From: an uncultured Porphyrobacter sp.
GTDB lineage: Bacteria > Pseudomonadota > Alphaproteobacteria > Sphingomonadales > Sphingomonadaceae
NCBI GenBank assembly: GCA_964594845.1
Contig: CAZQOO010000002.1
Coordinates: 2,819 to 66,818 of the forward strand
Direction of reading: 5' to 3'
Length of the DNA stretch: 64,000 nucleotides
Part shown: piece by piece, positions 1-9,750 of the stretch
Layout: every line of letters starts with the position of its first letter
Position numbering within the stretch: position 1 is the stretch's first letter
Made by a program: the position numbers and the translations under genes
The notes under the pieces: model-generated
Told to the model about the DNA's origin: nothing
Seen by the model: the letters and a program-made list of their open reading frames with translations, nothing else
The model's database searches: none

Positions 1-796
1 GCTCAAGCCCGGCAGGCTCGCCCTCTTCATCCAGCAGCCCCGACAGGTCGAGCATGATCGGATCGCCCTTGAGGTCGACCCCGGTCACCCGCTTGACCCA
101 GCCCACGATCTCGCGCCGGAACTTCATCGCCTGCCGCTTGCTGGCCGACAGGAAAATCTGGTTGCGCGGCTGCTCGCCGGCCAGCACCAGCTCGGCCACC
201 TTGGCCACCGCCTCGCGGGCGAAATACCAGGTCGCCCCGATCTGGCGGCTTTTGAGGATTTTGCGGGTGCGCTGGTCGCGCTGGTCCCACCAGGCGCGCT
301 GGTGGCCGAAATTCTTGGCGTGAAAATCGTCAAGCAGCGCTTGCCAGTGCTCGCGGGTCAGCTGGTTCTTGCGCTTTTCGGCGCGCTTGGCCTTGGCCGC
401 ATCGTCGTTCCGGCGATCGAGGTTGGGGTTGAGGTCGCCTTCCTTGCCGCTGTCGGTGTATTTGCGGATTCGGGCCGTGCGCTCCATTTGGCGCATCAGG
501 AAATCGACCCGCTTCATGTCGCCTTCGGTGAAGGGTTCCTTGTCGAGCAGGGTGGCGATTTTCGCCTCGATCCTGTCATCCACGATGTCGACCGGGGCGG
601 CATTGGCCCACTTGTCGCGGCGCTTCCAGCTGCCGATCGTCTGGTACGGGATGCCCAGTTCGTCGCTGATCTGCGCGACAGTCCAGCCCCGCCAGTAGAG
701 CGAGCGCGCCCAGCGGCGCTGCGCCATCGAGGCACCGCCGCCGCTTTCACGGCCTTCGGCTTCATCCCCGGCGTGTGGTGGTCTGGGCAGGTGCAT
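1..796 (-). CDS. Terminase ATPase subunit (P2 gpP-like), 5' part; runs off the window edge
   Basis: Not in the ORF track; manual translation gives ARSLYWRGWTVAQISDELGIPYQTIGSWKRRDKW (N-terminal HTH), RKILKSRQIGATWYFAREA and NQIFLSASKRQA; divergent from the scaffold gene as in P2. Confidence 0.93.
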   Translation of the reverse strand, partial: MHLPRPPHAGDEAEGRESGGGASMAQRRWARSLYWRGWTVAQISDELGIPYQTIGSWKRRDKWANAAPVDIVDDRIEAKIATLLDKEPFTEGDMKRVDFLMRQMERTARIRKYTDSGKEGDLNPNLDRRNDDAAKAKRAEKRKNQLTREHWQALLDDFHAKNFGHQRAWWDQRDQRTRKILKSRQIGATWYFAREAVAKVAELVLAGEQPRNQIFLSASKRQAMKFRREIVGWVKRVTGVDLKGDPIMLDLSGLLDEEGEPAGLE

Positions 797-844
797 GGCC
801 TTGCCATGCACCCCGCGCACCGGGTGTGCGCCAGAAGCTTGCAG

Positions 845-863
845 GGTGGATGACGCTTTCACC
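845..863. promoter_or_regulatory. Putative Ogr-type late activator site (GGT-N13-ACC) between the divergent P and O genes
   Basis: GGTGGATGACGCTTTCACC; its reverse complement resembles the copies at 5862 and 15475; 48 nt from the gpP ATG. Confidence 0.6.
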
Positions 864-959
864 TGCGCGCAGCGTTGCGCGAACCGCCTGTCGCGGGGCC
901 TTAGTGCCCCAACACGCCCCGAAAGCCTCAGGCCGAACCTCAAGCTGGAGCCCAGACTG

Positions 960-1832
960 ATGAAGACCAAACGTTTCCTGCTCGCCACGTCCGGTGCCAC
1001 GGTGGATGGCCGCGTGATCGAAGCTGCGCACCTGCGCCAGATGGCCGAAAGCTACGACCCCAAGGTCTACAGCGCCCGCCTCAACATCGAACACATCCGC
1101 GGGATCAGCGGCGAAGGCCCGTTCCGCGCTTACGGCGACGTGCTCAGCCTCGAAGTCGAGGACATCACGGTCGATTTCAACGGCCAGCCCGAACAGCGCA
1201 CCGCGCTTTACGGCGTGTTCGATGTCACCGAAGACGCGCAGGCGCTCAACCAGGCCGGCCAGAAGCTTTACCCCTCGATCGAAATCCACCCCGACTTCGC
1301 GGGCAAGGGTTACGCCTACCTCATGGGCTGCGCGCTGACCGACAGCCCGGCCTCGATCGCCACCGAACGCCTGCAGTTCACCAGCCAGCTGAGCGCGGCA
1401 GTGCCCGGCATCCAGCGCTATTCCCGCGAAGCCCAGGGCGATGCGGCGCTGCTCGAATTCGACACCGGCACGACCCCCGAAGCCGCCGGCCTGCTGTCCG
1501 GCCTCAAGGGCATTCTCGATGGCTTTGCCGATCGCTTCGCCCCGAAGACCACCACCCCTGCGCCCGCGCAGACCCCGGCCAATCCGGCCGATCCCGCTGC
1601 CCAGCCCGGCACCTTCACTGCCGACGATCTGCGCACCGTCTTCACCGAACTGGCGACCTCGATCGACAGCTCGATCAATGCCCTGCGGCAGGAAACCCGC
1701 GAAACCACCGATGCCCTGGCGGTCAAGCTCAACAAGCTGGAGCAGGGCGTCGAAACCACGCCTTCGGCCAAGCACGCCCAGCGCCCGACCAGCGCCGGGA
1801 CGAACGGCAATTTCGTCCGCACCGACTGTTGA
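960..1832 (+). CDS. Capsid scaffolding protein/protease (gpO-like)
   Basis: MKTKRFLLATSGATVDGRVI...YDPKVYSARLNIEH, LTDSPASIATERL; GGAG RBS before ATG 960. Confidence 0.93.
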   Translation: MKTKRFLLATSGATVDGRVIEAAHLRQMAESYDPKVYSARLNIEHIRGISGEGPFRAYGDVLSLEVEDITVDFNGQPEQRTALYGVFDVTEDAQALNQAGQKLYPSIEIHPDFAGKGYAYLMGCALTDSPASIATERLQFTSQLSAAVPGIQRYSREAQGDAALLEFDTGTTPEAAGLLSGLKGILDGFADRFAPKTTTPAPAQTPANPADPAAQPGTFTADDLRTVFTELATSIDSSINALRQETRETTDALAVKLNKLEQGVETTPSAKHAQRPTSAGTNGNFVRTDC

Positions 1833-1901
1833 TCTCGCCGCCCTCCGGGGCACGTCCTCCACCCCTTCGGCCCCGCTAACACCCCAACAAGGATCAGGCC
1901 C

Positions 1902-3026
1902 ATGCGCAAAGAAACCCGCGCTCTCTTCAATGGTTACGTGTCGCAGATCGCGCTTCTGAACAGCATCCCGATCGAGGACGTCACGAAGAAGTTCAGCGTC
2001 GAACCCGTCGTCGAACAGCGTCTCGAAAACCGCATCCGCGAATCGAGCGAATTCCTGATGGCGATCAACATGATCCCCGTCACCCAGCAGAGCGGCCAGA
2101 AGCTCGGCGTGGGCGCTGGCCGTCGCCTCGCTGGCCGGGTCGACACGTCCGCCGGCACCCGCCGCAACCCGGCAGCGATCGGCAACAACAACCTCAAGCA
2201 CGAGTACAAGTGCGAAAAGACCAACTTCGACTGGTCGCGCCGCTACGAACTGCTCGATGCCTGGCGCCACCGCCCGGACTTCGAGGCGCTGATCCGCGAC
2301 GACATCGTGCGCCAGCAGGCGCTCGATCGCATCTGCATCGGCTTCCACGGCGAGGAAGTGGCCGCCACCACCGACATCGTCGCCAACCCGCTGCTGCAGG
2401 ACGTCAACAAGGGCTGGCTGCACCACATCCGTGAAGAAGCGCCGGCGCAGGTGCTGGATGACGGCGCGCTGACCGTCGACGACGAAGGCGGCAACAACGC
2501 GGCGCTCAAGGCGATCTACGTCGCGGCGGGCGCTGTGCTGTACGATCCCAGCCTCGGCAACGCTGTCACCGCCGAAGCCGACTATTCGTCGCTCGATGCG
2601 CTGGTGATGGATGCCAAGCGGCTGATCCACGAAACCCACCGCGGCGACACTGATCTGGTGGTGATCGTCGGGCACGACCTGGTCGACGACAAGTACTTCA
2701 ACATCGCCCAGAAGACCGGGGCGACGGCGACCGAAGTCGAAGCCACCGATCGCATCATCCGTTCGGAAAAGATGCTCGGCGGCCTGCCGGCCATGCGGGT
2801 GAGCAGCTTCCCGGCGAATGCCCTGCTGATCACCAAGCTCAGCAACCTGTCGATCTACTGGCAGGAAGAAACCCGCCGCCGCCAGCTGGTCGACGAACCC
2901 GAATTCGATCGCATCGCGAACTACGAATCGGTGAACGAAGCCTACGTGGTCGAGGAATACGAGATCGCCGCGCTGGTCGAGAACATCGTCATCGGCAAGG
3001 CACCGGCTCGCCCGGCGGCACCGTAA
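1902..3026 (+). CDS. Major capsid protein, P2 family (gpN-like)
   Basis: MRKETRALFNGY, FSVEPVVEQRLE, NPLLQDVNKGWL, LSNLSIYWQ, NEAYVVE. Confidence 0.96.
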   Translation: MRKETRALFNGYVSQIALLNSIPIEDVTKKFSVEPVVEQRLENRIRESSEFLMAINMIPVTQQSGQKLGVGAGRRLAGRVDTSAGTRRNPAAIGNNNLKHEYKCEKTNFDWSRRYELLDAWRHRPDFEALIRDDIVRQQALDRICIGFHGEEVAATTDIVANPLLQDVNKGWLHHIREEAPAQVLDDGALTVDDEGGNNAALKAIYVAAGAVLYDPSLGNAVTAEADYSSLDALVMDAKRLIHETHRGDTDLVVIVGHDLVDDKYFNIAQKTGATATEVEATDRIIRSEKMLGGLPAMRVSSFPANALLITKLSNLSIYWQEETRRRQLVDEPEFDRIANYESVNEAYVVEEYEIAALVENIVIGKAPARPAAP

Positions 3027-3184
3027 TGCAAAGGGGCTTTGACGGCGGCGTCTGACATCCGGGTCGGTGCCGCCTGAGCCCAAAGAGAGCAGCCGAGGTG
3101 TCTGGCAAGCGGATTGTAAGCCGCTTCCCCAGCACCCGGCCCCCGCCGCCGGATCGAGCGGGGATTATTCTGGAGGTGATCCGC

Positions 3185-3925
3185 ATGTCCTACAGCCCCG
3201 CCCTTCGCAATCGCCAGCGCAAGCTCGCCGCCCTTGCCGGTGGCAGCGGCACCCCCAGCGCCCGCGCCGCCGCGCCCGATCCTGCCACCCCGGCAGGGCA
3301 GGAATATGCGCTCCTGCGGGCCGTGCTGCATGACAATCTGCGCAAGCTGCAGGACGTCGAAAGCCACGAAGCGCGGATCCCGATGAAGCGCGAATTCATG
3401 CTGGAATTCGACGCATGGATCGCAGGCGTGCTGGCGGCGGACAAGCCTGTGCAGGACGAAGTGCTCATGACCAACCTGGTCTGGGCGGTCGACTGCGGCG
3501 AGTATGAGCTGGCGCTTGGCCTTGGCCGCTTTGCCCTGAAGCACGGCCTGACCCTGCCCGAACGCTACAACCGCACCACCGCCTGCTTCCTGCGCGAAGA
3601 CATCGCCGAAATCGCGCTGGCGCAGCCCGGCACCGTGCCGCACGAAATTCTGGTCGAGTTCGACCAGCTCACCGTCGCCGCCGACATGCCCGACGCCGCC
3701 AAGGCCAAGCTCGACAAGGCGCTGGGGCGCAGCTGGCTGGACAAGGCAGCCAATGTCGATCCCAGCGATGAAACCGGCCCTGCCGGTGCTGCCGCAGGCT
3801 TCGCGTCGAAGGGCCTCGAACACCTCCAGCGCGCTCTCAAACTCAACGCCAAGATCGGCGTGAAGAAGGACATCGAGCGCGCCGAACGGCTGCTGCGCGA
3901 TCTGGCGCCCAAAGGCGACGAATAG
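3185..3925 (+). CDS. Terminase endonuclease/small subunit (gpM-like)
   Basis: QDEVLMTNLVWAVDCG, DMPDAAKAKL, IGVKKDIER; position after the capsid gene. Confidence 0.9.
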   Translation: MSYSPALRNRQRKLAALAGGSGTPSARAAAPDPATPAGQEYALLRAVLHDNLRKLQDVESHEARIPMKREFMLEFDAWIAGVLAADKPVQDEVLMTNLVWAVDCGEYELALGLGRFALKHGLTLPERYNRTTACFLREDIAEIALAQPGTVPHEILVEFDQLTVAADMPDAAKAKLDKALGRSWLDKAANVDPSDETGPAGAAAGFASKGLEHLQRALKLNAKIGVKKDIERAERLLRDLAPKGDE

Positions 3926-4106
3926 GAATTCCCGGCCAGCCCGGCCGGAACGACGCGCCCCACCAGGCCGGGGAGGGCGGACAGCACGGCGACGGGACAT
4001 TCTGCCCCCGATCGCCGCCTCTGTCCCCACCCTCCCCAAACGGGGGGCATCGAACGCGAAGGGAGGTGATCATGTCCGCCGGTCTCGATGAAATGGAAAC
4101 CGCCCG

Positions 4107-4613
4107 ATGACCGGCCTGACCGCGCCGCCTGACAATTTCGCACCCGAAGGCATCGAGATCGAAGCCGATGGCTGGTTCCCGGCGATCAGCACGCAGCAGG
4201 TGCGCGCCACCATCCGCCTGGGCGAAGGCGCTGTCACTGATGGCCGTCTGGTGCAGGCGATCGAGGGCGGGATGCTGTCCGGCCTGCGCGCTCTGGCCGA
4301 CTGGCGTACCGCCCGCGTTCTGGAAGGTGTGCAAGAGCTGGCAGATGTGACCGAGGAAGAGATCAACGGCAAGAACAAGGCCGAACTGATCTGGCACCGG
4401 ATCGTCACCTTTTACGCCGCCGCCGAGCTCGCTGACATGCACATCGATGTCAGCGCCACCGACGAAGCGATCGACCGCAACGAGGAAAAGCGGGATGTCG
4501 CCGGGATCTACCGCACCAAGGCTTACGACGCGGTCGCCGATCTGCGCGAAATCGGCGCGCAGGATGCCGAGGCGCGGGCGCTCGCCGCTCGCAACCGGGT
4601 GGAGCTGATCTGA
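4107..4613 (+). CDS. Head completion/stabilisation protein (gpL-like)
   Basis: DGWFPAI, C-terminal RVELI; synteny. Confidence 0.85.
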   Translation: MTGLTAPPDNFAPEGIEIEADGWFPAISTQQVRATIRLGEGAVTDGRLVQAIEGGMLSGLRALADWRTARVLEGVQELADVTEEEINGKNKAELIWHRIVTFYAAAELADMHIDVSATDEAIDRNEEKRDVAGIYRTKAYDAVADLREIGAQDAEARALAARNRVELI

Positions 4614-4614
4614 C

Positions 4615-4830
4615 ATGCAGGCCACCGCGCAGCAGGGCGAAACGCTCGATGCGGTGTGCTGGCGCGTGCTGGGGCGCACCGAAGGGGTGACCGAACAGGC
4701 CTACAATCTCAACCCTCACCTTGCCGCGCTGGGGCCGCTGCTGCCCGGCGGGACGCGGATCACGCTGCCCGATGTCACCACGCCTGCGGCCGCCCCGGTC
4801 CGCCGCGAAACAGTGAAGCTGTGGGATTGA
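4615..4830 (+). CDS. Tail protein X
   Basis: AQQGETLDAVCWRVLG...NPHLAALGPLLPGGTRITLP...VKLWD. Confidence 0.93.
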   Translation: MQATAQQGETLDAVCWRVLGRTEGVTEQAYNLNPHLAALGPLLPGGTRITLPDVTTPAAAPVRRETVKLWD

Positions 4831-4849
4831 ACCGGGAAGGCACCGCCAC

Positions 4850-5326
4850 ATGAACAAGCCCAAATCCCTTCGCCAGGCATTGATCGCCGCCCTGCCGGAA
4901 CTGCGCAACGAACCAGAACGGCTCAAGCTGTGGATCGAAAACGGTGCCGTGCGCGCCCGTGGCACCGCCAGTCACGGCTTCGCCCTGCAATACCCGCTGT
5001 CGGTGCTGATCGAGGAGGCGAAGACTGATATCGCCATCATCGCGCTGGCGATCTGCCGCTGGCTGCGCGTCAACCAGCCCGATCTGCTCGCCCCCAATGG
5101 CGACAGCTTCGCGTTCGAAAGCGACATCCTCGACCTCAAGACCGCCGACATCCTGTTCACCATCAACCTGACCGAAAACATCACGGTGGTGCCGAATGAA
5201 GACGGCAGCCGGGCGGTCACCTACCTGCAGGAACCCGAACCGCTGTTTGATGACGGCACGGCAGTCTCCGGCCTTGATCCCATCCCGCTGCTGGCGGAAG
5301 TGGCTCTGACAGACGGCAGCGAATGA
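4850..5326 (+). CDS. Tail completion protein (gpR-like)
   Basis: MNKPKSLRQAL, WLRVNQPDLL, LTENITV, EPEP. Confidence 0.9.
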   Translation: MNKPKSLRQALIAALPELRNEPERLKLWIENGAVRARGTASHGFALQYPLSVLIEEAKTDIAIIALAICRWLRVNQPDLLAPNGDSFAFESDILDLKTADILFTINLTENITVVPNEDGSRAVTYLQEPEPLFDDGTAVSGLDPIPLLAEVALTDGSE

Positions 5327-5362
5327 TGGCGGCCTCAAGCAGCGCAGCGGTAGGCCGCAAAA

Positions 5363-5842
5363 ATGTCTGATTATGATTCCGACGCGCTGGCGGCGCTGGA
5401 CCAGTGGTTCGGCGAGGTGCTGGAAGGCATGTCGCCACCGCGCCGCAAACGGGCAGCGATGAAGCTGGGGCAGGCGCTGCGCCGGTCGAACATCGATCGC
5501 ATCGCCCGCAATGTCGAACCCGATGGCGGCCCCATGGAAAAGCGCAAGGCGCGTCTCGACCAGCGCGGGCGCGTGCGCCGCAAAGCCGGTGGGAAGATGT
5601 TCCGCAAGCTGCGCTATGCCCGCATGTGGTCGATCAAGGCCCAGCCCGACAGTGTCGAGATCAGCCTGGCCAAGGGCGAAAATGTCGCGGCCACCCACCA
5701 TTTCGGCCTGCGGGGCTTTGTCGGGCGCTCGCCCGATGGTAGCAAGGTGTTCACCCGCTACCCCGAACGCCGCCTGCTGGGGTTCGACGATGCCGATCGC
5801 GACGCGGTGCTCGATGTGGTGGCCGGCCTGTTCGAAAAGTGA
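5363..5842 (+). CDS. Virion morphogenesis protein (gpS-like)
   Basis: RIARNVEPDG, MFRKLR, HHFG, YPERRLLGF. Confidence 0.9.
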   Translation: MSDYDSDALAALDQWFGEVLEGMSPPRRKRAAMKLGQALRRSNIDRIARNVEPDGGPMEKRKARLDQRGRVRRKAGGKMFRKLRYARMWSIKAQPDSVEISLAKGENVAATHHFGLRGFVGRSPDGSKVFTRYPERRLLGFDDADRDAVLDVVAGLFEK

Positions 5843-5861
5843 TCGCAGCCCCGGGCAGCGC

Positions 5862-5880
5862 GGTTAAAGCCGCTTCCACC
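5862..5880 (+). promoter_or_regulatory. Putative Ogr-type late promoter site upstream of the baseplate J gene
   Basis: GGTTAAAGCCGCTTCCACC, identical to 15475-15493; 46 nt before ATG 5927. Confidence 0.65.
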
Positions 5881-5926
5881 TGCCCGCACACTTCCCTTCG
5901 CGCGCGCGTGGCAGGCAGGTGGCTGC

Positions 5927-6856
5927 ATGGCCAGCAACCCGCTTATCTCCACCGGAAGCAGCGCGAATGTGATCGACCTGTCACGCCTGCCGCCGCCCGA
6001 TGTGGTCGAGGCGCTGGATTTCGAAACAATCTTCACCGCCAACCTTGCCTGGTTCTCCGCAGCGATCGTCGAGGCTGGCGGCACCTTTGACGCAACCGTC
6101 GAAAGCGACCCTGCCGTCATCCTGTTGCAAGCCTTCTCCTACCGCGAACTAGTGCTGCGCCAGCGGGTGAACGATGCCGCGCGCGCCGTCATGGTCGCCT
6201 ATGCACAAGGGTCCGATCTTGATGCGCTGGGCGCGCTGTTTGGCGTTTCCCGCTTTGTGATCACTCCGGCGAACCCAGCTGCCGGAGTCCAAGAGGTTCT
6301 GGAAAGAGACGCCGATTTCCGCCGCCGGATCGTGCTGGCGCCTGAAGGTTATTCGGTCGCCGGTCCCGAAGGAGCCTACATTTTTCACGCGCTTTCGGCG
6401 TCGCCCGATGTGCTTGACGCATCGGTAACAAGCCCGATGCCGGGGGAGGTGCTGGTTACAGTGCTTTCCGGGCAGGGTGCCGGCACGCCCTCGCCTGAAT
6501 TGCTCGCCATTGTCGAAAGCCGGTTGAATGACGACAATGTGCGCCCGCTGACCGATCTGGTGACCGTTAGCGCCGCCGACATCGTGCCATTCACCATCCA
6601 GGCCACAATAACTTTCGTCGCTGGTCCAGATCGCGCGCTGGTGCTGGCCAACGCCCGTGCGCGCCTTGATGAACATCTGGAGAGCATCCGCCGGCTTGGC
6701 CGCGATGTGACGCGCGCAGGGATCATAGCTGCGCTTCATCCCGAGGGCGTCCACAATGTCATTCTGACCCAGCCCGCCGCGGATCTTGCCCTGACCCGCC
6801 TGCAGGCCGGCCATTGCACCGCGATCACACTGACCGATGCGGGTGTCGCCGAATGA
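5927..6856 (+). CDS. Baseplate assembly protein J
   Basis: IDLSRLPPPDVVEALDFE, SVAGPEGAYIFHA, VRPLTDLVTV. Confidence 0.95.
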   Translation: MASNPLISTGSSANVIDLSRLPPPDVVEALDFETIFTANLAWFSAAIVEAGGTFDATVESDPAVILLQAFSYRELVLRQRVNDAARAVMVAYAQGSDLDALGALFGVSRFVITPANPAAGVQEVLERDADFRRRIVLAPEGYSVAGPEGAYIFHALSASPDVLDASVTSPMPGEVLVTVLSGQGAGTPSPELLAIVESRLNDDNVRPLTDLVTVSAADIVPFTIQATITFVAGPDRALVLANARARLDEHLESIRRLGRDVTRAGIIAALHPEGVHNVILTQPAADLALTRLQAGHCTAITLTDAGVAE

Positions 6857-7410
6857 TCGGGGGCACCATCCTTCCCCCCAATGCAACTGCCCTTAAGCGG
6901 GCGCTCGATTTGCTGGCGGCAACGCGCCTGGGAGATATCGACACGCCATTGCGCCAGCTTTGGTCGCCTGCCGACTGCCCCGAAGACCTGCTGCCCTGGC
7001 TGGCCTGGTCGCTTTCGATCGATCAATGGGATGCCAACTGGCCGCTGGCGGTGCGCCGCGCGCGGGTGGCGAACGCCATCGCGGTTCAGCGCCGTAAGGG
7101 CACCCGCGGCTCGGTCAATGATGTGGTGAGAGCCTTCGGCGGCAACATCGCGATCCGCGAATGGTTTGAAGAAACGCCGCCAGCCCCGCCGCACACCTTC
7201 ACGCTTTCAATCGCGCTCAGCGACGGTGCAGGCGGGGTGCCAAGCGCCGAATTCGTCGACGCCGTTATCGGCGAAGTGACCCGGGCCAAGCCGGCCAGAA
7301 GTCATTTCACCTTTGCCCTGGCCACCTCTGCCCGTGGCCGGATCGGCCTGCGCGGGGTGGGCAGGGCAGCCATCTATGCCCGCCTGCCCTGCCAGGCGGC
7401 GGCGGCCTGA
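6853..7410 (+). CDS. Tail protein I
   Basis: LPPNAT, LWSPADCPEDLLPWLAWSLSID, RKGT, KPARSHF. Confidence 0.95.
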   Translation: MIGGTILPPNATALKRALDLLAATRLGDIDTPLRQLWSPADCPEDLLPWLAWSLSIDQWDANWPLAVRRARVANAIAVQRRKGTRGSVNDVVRAFGGNIAIREWFEETPPAPPHTFTLSIALSDGAGGVPSAEFVDAVIGEVTRAKPARSHFTFALATSARGRIGLRGVGRAAIYARLPCQAAAA

Positions 7411-7423
7411 GAAAGAACCTGCC

Positions 7424-8617
7424 ATGGCCTTCGATATCATCATCACCACCGCCGGACGCGCCGCCCTGGTCAATGCGGCAAACACCGGCACACTGCCCGT
7501 GCAGATCACGCAGATCGGTGTTTCGTCGACAGCGATTGCAGCCAATCCCGCAATGGTGGCGCTGACCGGCGAGCTCAAGCGCTTGTCGACCATTTCGGGC
7601 GAGGTGGTCGCCGATGACACGATCCATGTGACCCTGCGCGATGAAAGCGCCGATGCCTATGGTCTTCGCTCGGTCGGCCTTTATCTGTCCGATGGCACGC
7701 TTTTCGCGCTTTACGGTCAGGTCACACCGATCCTTGAGAAAACCCCCGCGTCGGTGGCGCTCTTGGCGATCGACATCATCTTCGCTGATATTTCGGCAGC
7801 GTCGATCAGTTTCGGCGACACGGACTTCACCAACCCGCCCGCGACCGAAACGGTGCAGGGCGTGGCCGAAATCGCCACCCAGGCCGAAGTCAATTCCGGC
7901 ACGGACAACACCCGGATCGTCACCCCCTTGCGGCTCGCCCAGCGTCTGGCACCGATCACCCAGTCGATCGCCAATGAAACCACAGCGCGGAACAGCCAGA
8001 TCGCGGCAGAGACCAGTGCCAGGCAAAGCGGTGATGCCAACCTTGCCGCCCTGATTACGGCGTTGACCAATCGTTCGATCACTGGCCGCGGGCTTGCCAC
8101 AGGCGGCGGATCGCTGGCCGCTGATCGCGTGATCTCAGTGGCGGCGGCAACCGTTTCCCAGCTGCTGGCAGGCACGGCCGATAATGTGGCGATCACCCCG
8201 GCGACGTTCGGGCCGATCATCAAGAGCTACGGACAGAACGGGTATCTTATCCTTGCACTGGGCGATCCTGCCAACGCCCTCTGCCTGCAATGGGGCCGGT
8301 TCAACGCGAATCCGAATGCGCTGACGTCTGTCTTTTTTCCAGTCGCGTTCAGCCAGTGCTGGGTCGCTTTGACCGATGGCACGAACGACACGAGCACCAA
8401 TGCGCAGGATAACTACCCGGCGATTCGCACCAGCTCGATTACGCCAACGGGCTTCCAAGTATGGAGCGCCAACAATCAAGTCGACACGATGACCTTTATC
8501 GCGCTCGGCGTGATCAATCTCTCCGGTGGTGCGCCCACCCCAACCCCAACCCCAACCCCGCCCCCGCCCGATGACGGAGGCGGCACTGGCGGTGGCGGTG
8601 GCGAAATCCTGCCATGA
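7424..8617 (+). CDS. Tail fibre protein (gpH position)
   Basis: N-terminal baseplate anchor (ITTAGRAAL, GLYLSDGTLFA), ATETVQGVAEIAT repeat, C-terminal LQWG...FPVAF domain, Pro/Gly-rich tail. Confidence 0.85.
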   Translation: MAFDIIITTAGRAALVNAANTGTLPVQITQIGVSSTAIAANPAMVALTGELKRLSTISGEVVADDTIHVTLRDESADAYGLRSVGLYLSDGTLFALYGQVTPILEKTPASVALLAIDIIFADISAASISFGDTDFTNPPATETVQGVAEIATQAEVNSGTDNTRIVTPLRLAQRLAPITQSIANETTARNSQIAAETSARQSGDANLAALITALTNRSITGRGLATGGGSLAADRVISVAAATVSQLLAGTADNVAITPATFGPIIKSYGQNGYLILALGDPANALCLQWGRFNANPNALTSVFFPVAFSQCWVALTDGTNDTSTNAQDNYPAIRTSSITPTGFQVWSANNQVDTMTFIALGVINLSGGAPTPTPTPTPPPPDDGGGTGGGGGEILP

Positions 8618-9093
8618 CCGGAGTTTCCAGCATGAGTGTTTACTTCGCCATGATCGCGGTAAGCGGCGAACAGCGTCCGGCCTTCTTCCTCACACGGGAT
8701 GCCGCGCCGGATGATGCTGTCGCAATCAGCGAACGCCGCCATGCCAAGCTGCTCGATGCACAATCGGAAGGCCGCGAGATCGGCTGCGATGGCAGGGGCA
8801 GGCCGATTGTGCTGCGGCGTCGGGTGCCTGACCTGCAAGCCCGCCGGGCCCGTCTGCGCGCGGCGATCCGGGCCGAAGCATCGCGCCGCATCCGGACCAT
8901 CAGCCCCGAATGGCGCCAGCTCAACGATCTGCGCGACCCGACCGAGGCAGGGCGGGTCCGCTTCACGCGGATCGATGCCGTTCGCGCCGCCGAAGGTGCG
9001 ATCGGTTCGCTGGCCGATGCCTGCCCCCCGACTGAAATCGATGCATTCCGCATTGGTGACCATCCTCTCTGGCCGGAATTCGACGATGCATGA
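8614..9093 (+). CDS. Tail fibre assembly/chaperone-like protein
   Basis: Follows the fibre gene; DAVAISERRHAKLLDAQSEGREI...GRP motif; WP near the C-terminus. Confidence 0.65.
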   Translation: MTGVSSMSVYFAMIAVSGEQRPAFFLTRDAAPDDAVAISERRHAKLLDAQSEGREIGCDGRGRPIVLRRRVPDLQARRARLRAAIRAEASRRIRTISPEWRQLNDLRDPTEAGRVRFTRIDAVRAAEGAIGSLADACPPTEIDAFRIGDHPLWPEFDDA

Positions 9094-9457
9094 AATCAAG
9101 GTTCAATCCTTCAGCGCTGCCATGGCAGCTGTCAGTGCGGTGATGGGATTCGCCGCACCCTGGCCGCATGTCATCGCTGGCCTGTTCTTCGCGATCGCGG
9201 GGGGCTTTGTCGGCATGACAGTTTCCCCTTCAACCGAACGGCTCGCGCTGCCCTTCACGGTGATCGTGGCGCTGGTGATCGGCATCTTCGCCGGGATCGC
9301 GCATCCGCACTTTGCAGGCGGCGGCGCGTGGATCGGGTGGATTTCGGCGCTGCCGGTGCAGCTGGTCATGGGTGTGGCGGGACTAACCTCGCCCTGGCTG
9401 GCCCGGCGCGCCGCTGCTGGCGACATGTCGCTGCCGTGGAAGGGAGGTGCGAAGTGA
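9086..9457 (+). CDS. Membrane protein, holin candidate
   Basis: 3-4 hydrophobic segments, basic C-terminus, upstream of the endolysin. Confidence 0.55.
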   Translation: MHEIKVQSFSAAMAAVSAVMGFAAPWPHVIAGLFFAIAGGFVGMTVSPSTERLALPFTVIVALVIGIFAGIAHPHFAGGGAWIGWISALPVQLVMGVAGLTSPWLARRAAAGDMSLPWKGGAK

Positions 9458-9750
9458 CTATCCTGCTCACCATCGCTGATCTGGTGCTGGCGCTCGCCCT
9501 GTTCTGGCATTCGGCCAACAGCCCCGCGCGCGACGCCGTGCTGCGGACGATGCTCTACACGTTCGCCTTCGCGCTGACGTGCTTTGGCGCGGGGCGCTTC
9601 CTCATCCTGTTCGACAATCAATGGGACGATTGGCGCTGGATGCCCGTCCTCGGCCACCTCGCCCTGGTCGCCTTGGGGATCATGTGGGTGGCGCGTGAAA
9701 CCGGGCGCATGGCCCAGCTGCAAGGCCAGAGAGAAGGGAAGAAATCATGA
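9454..9750 (+). CDS. Membrane protein, second holin/antiholin candidate
   Basis: GTG start with GGAGG RBS and GTGA overlap; 3 hydrophobic segments, charged tail. Confidence 0.55.
   Translation: MTILLTIADLVLALALFWHSANSPARDAVLRTMLYTFAFALTCFGAGRFLILFDNQWDDWRWMPVLGHLALVALGIMWVARETGRMAQLQGQREGKKS

Noticed and set aside
762-3083. 773-aa minus-strand ORF, and similar long ORFs at 15655-17703, 18182-20788, 34723-37416, 47418-49256 and 52619-54370
   Set aside because: Antisense shadows of well-supported genes; expected in high-GC DNA and lacking recognisable motifs.
3118-3128. AAGCCGCTTCC match to the late promoter box
   Set aside because: Lacks the GGT/ACC ends and is better explained as one arm of an RNA hairpin; not fully excluded.
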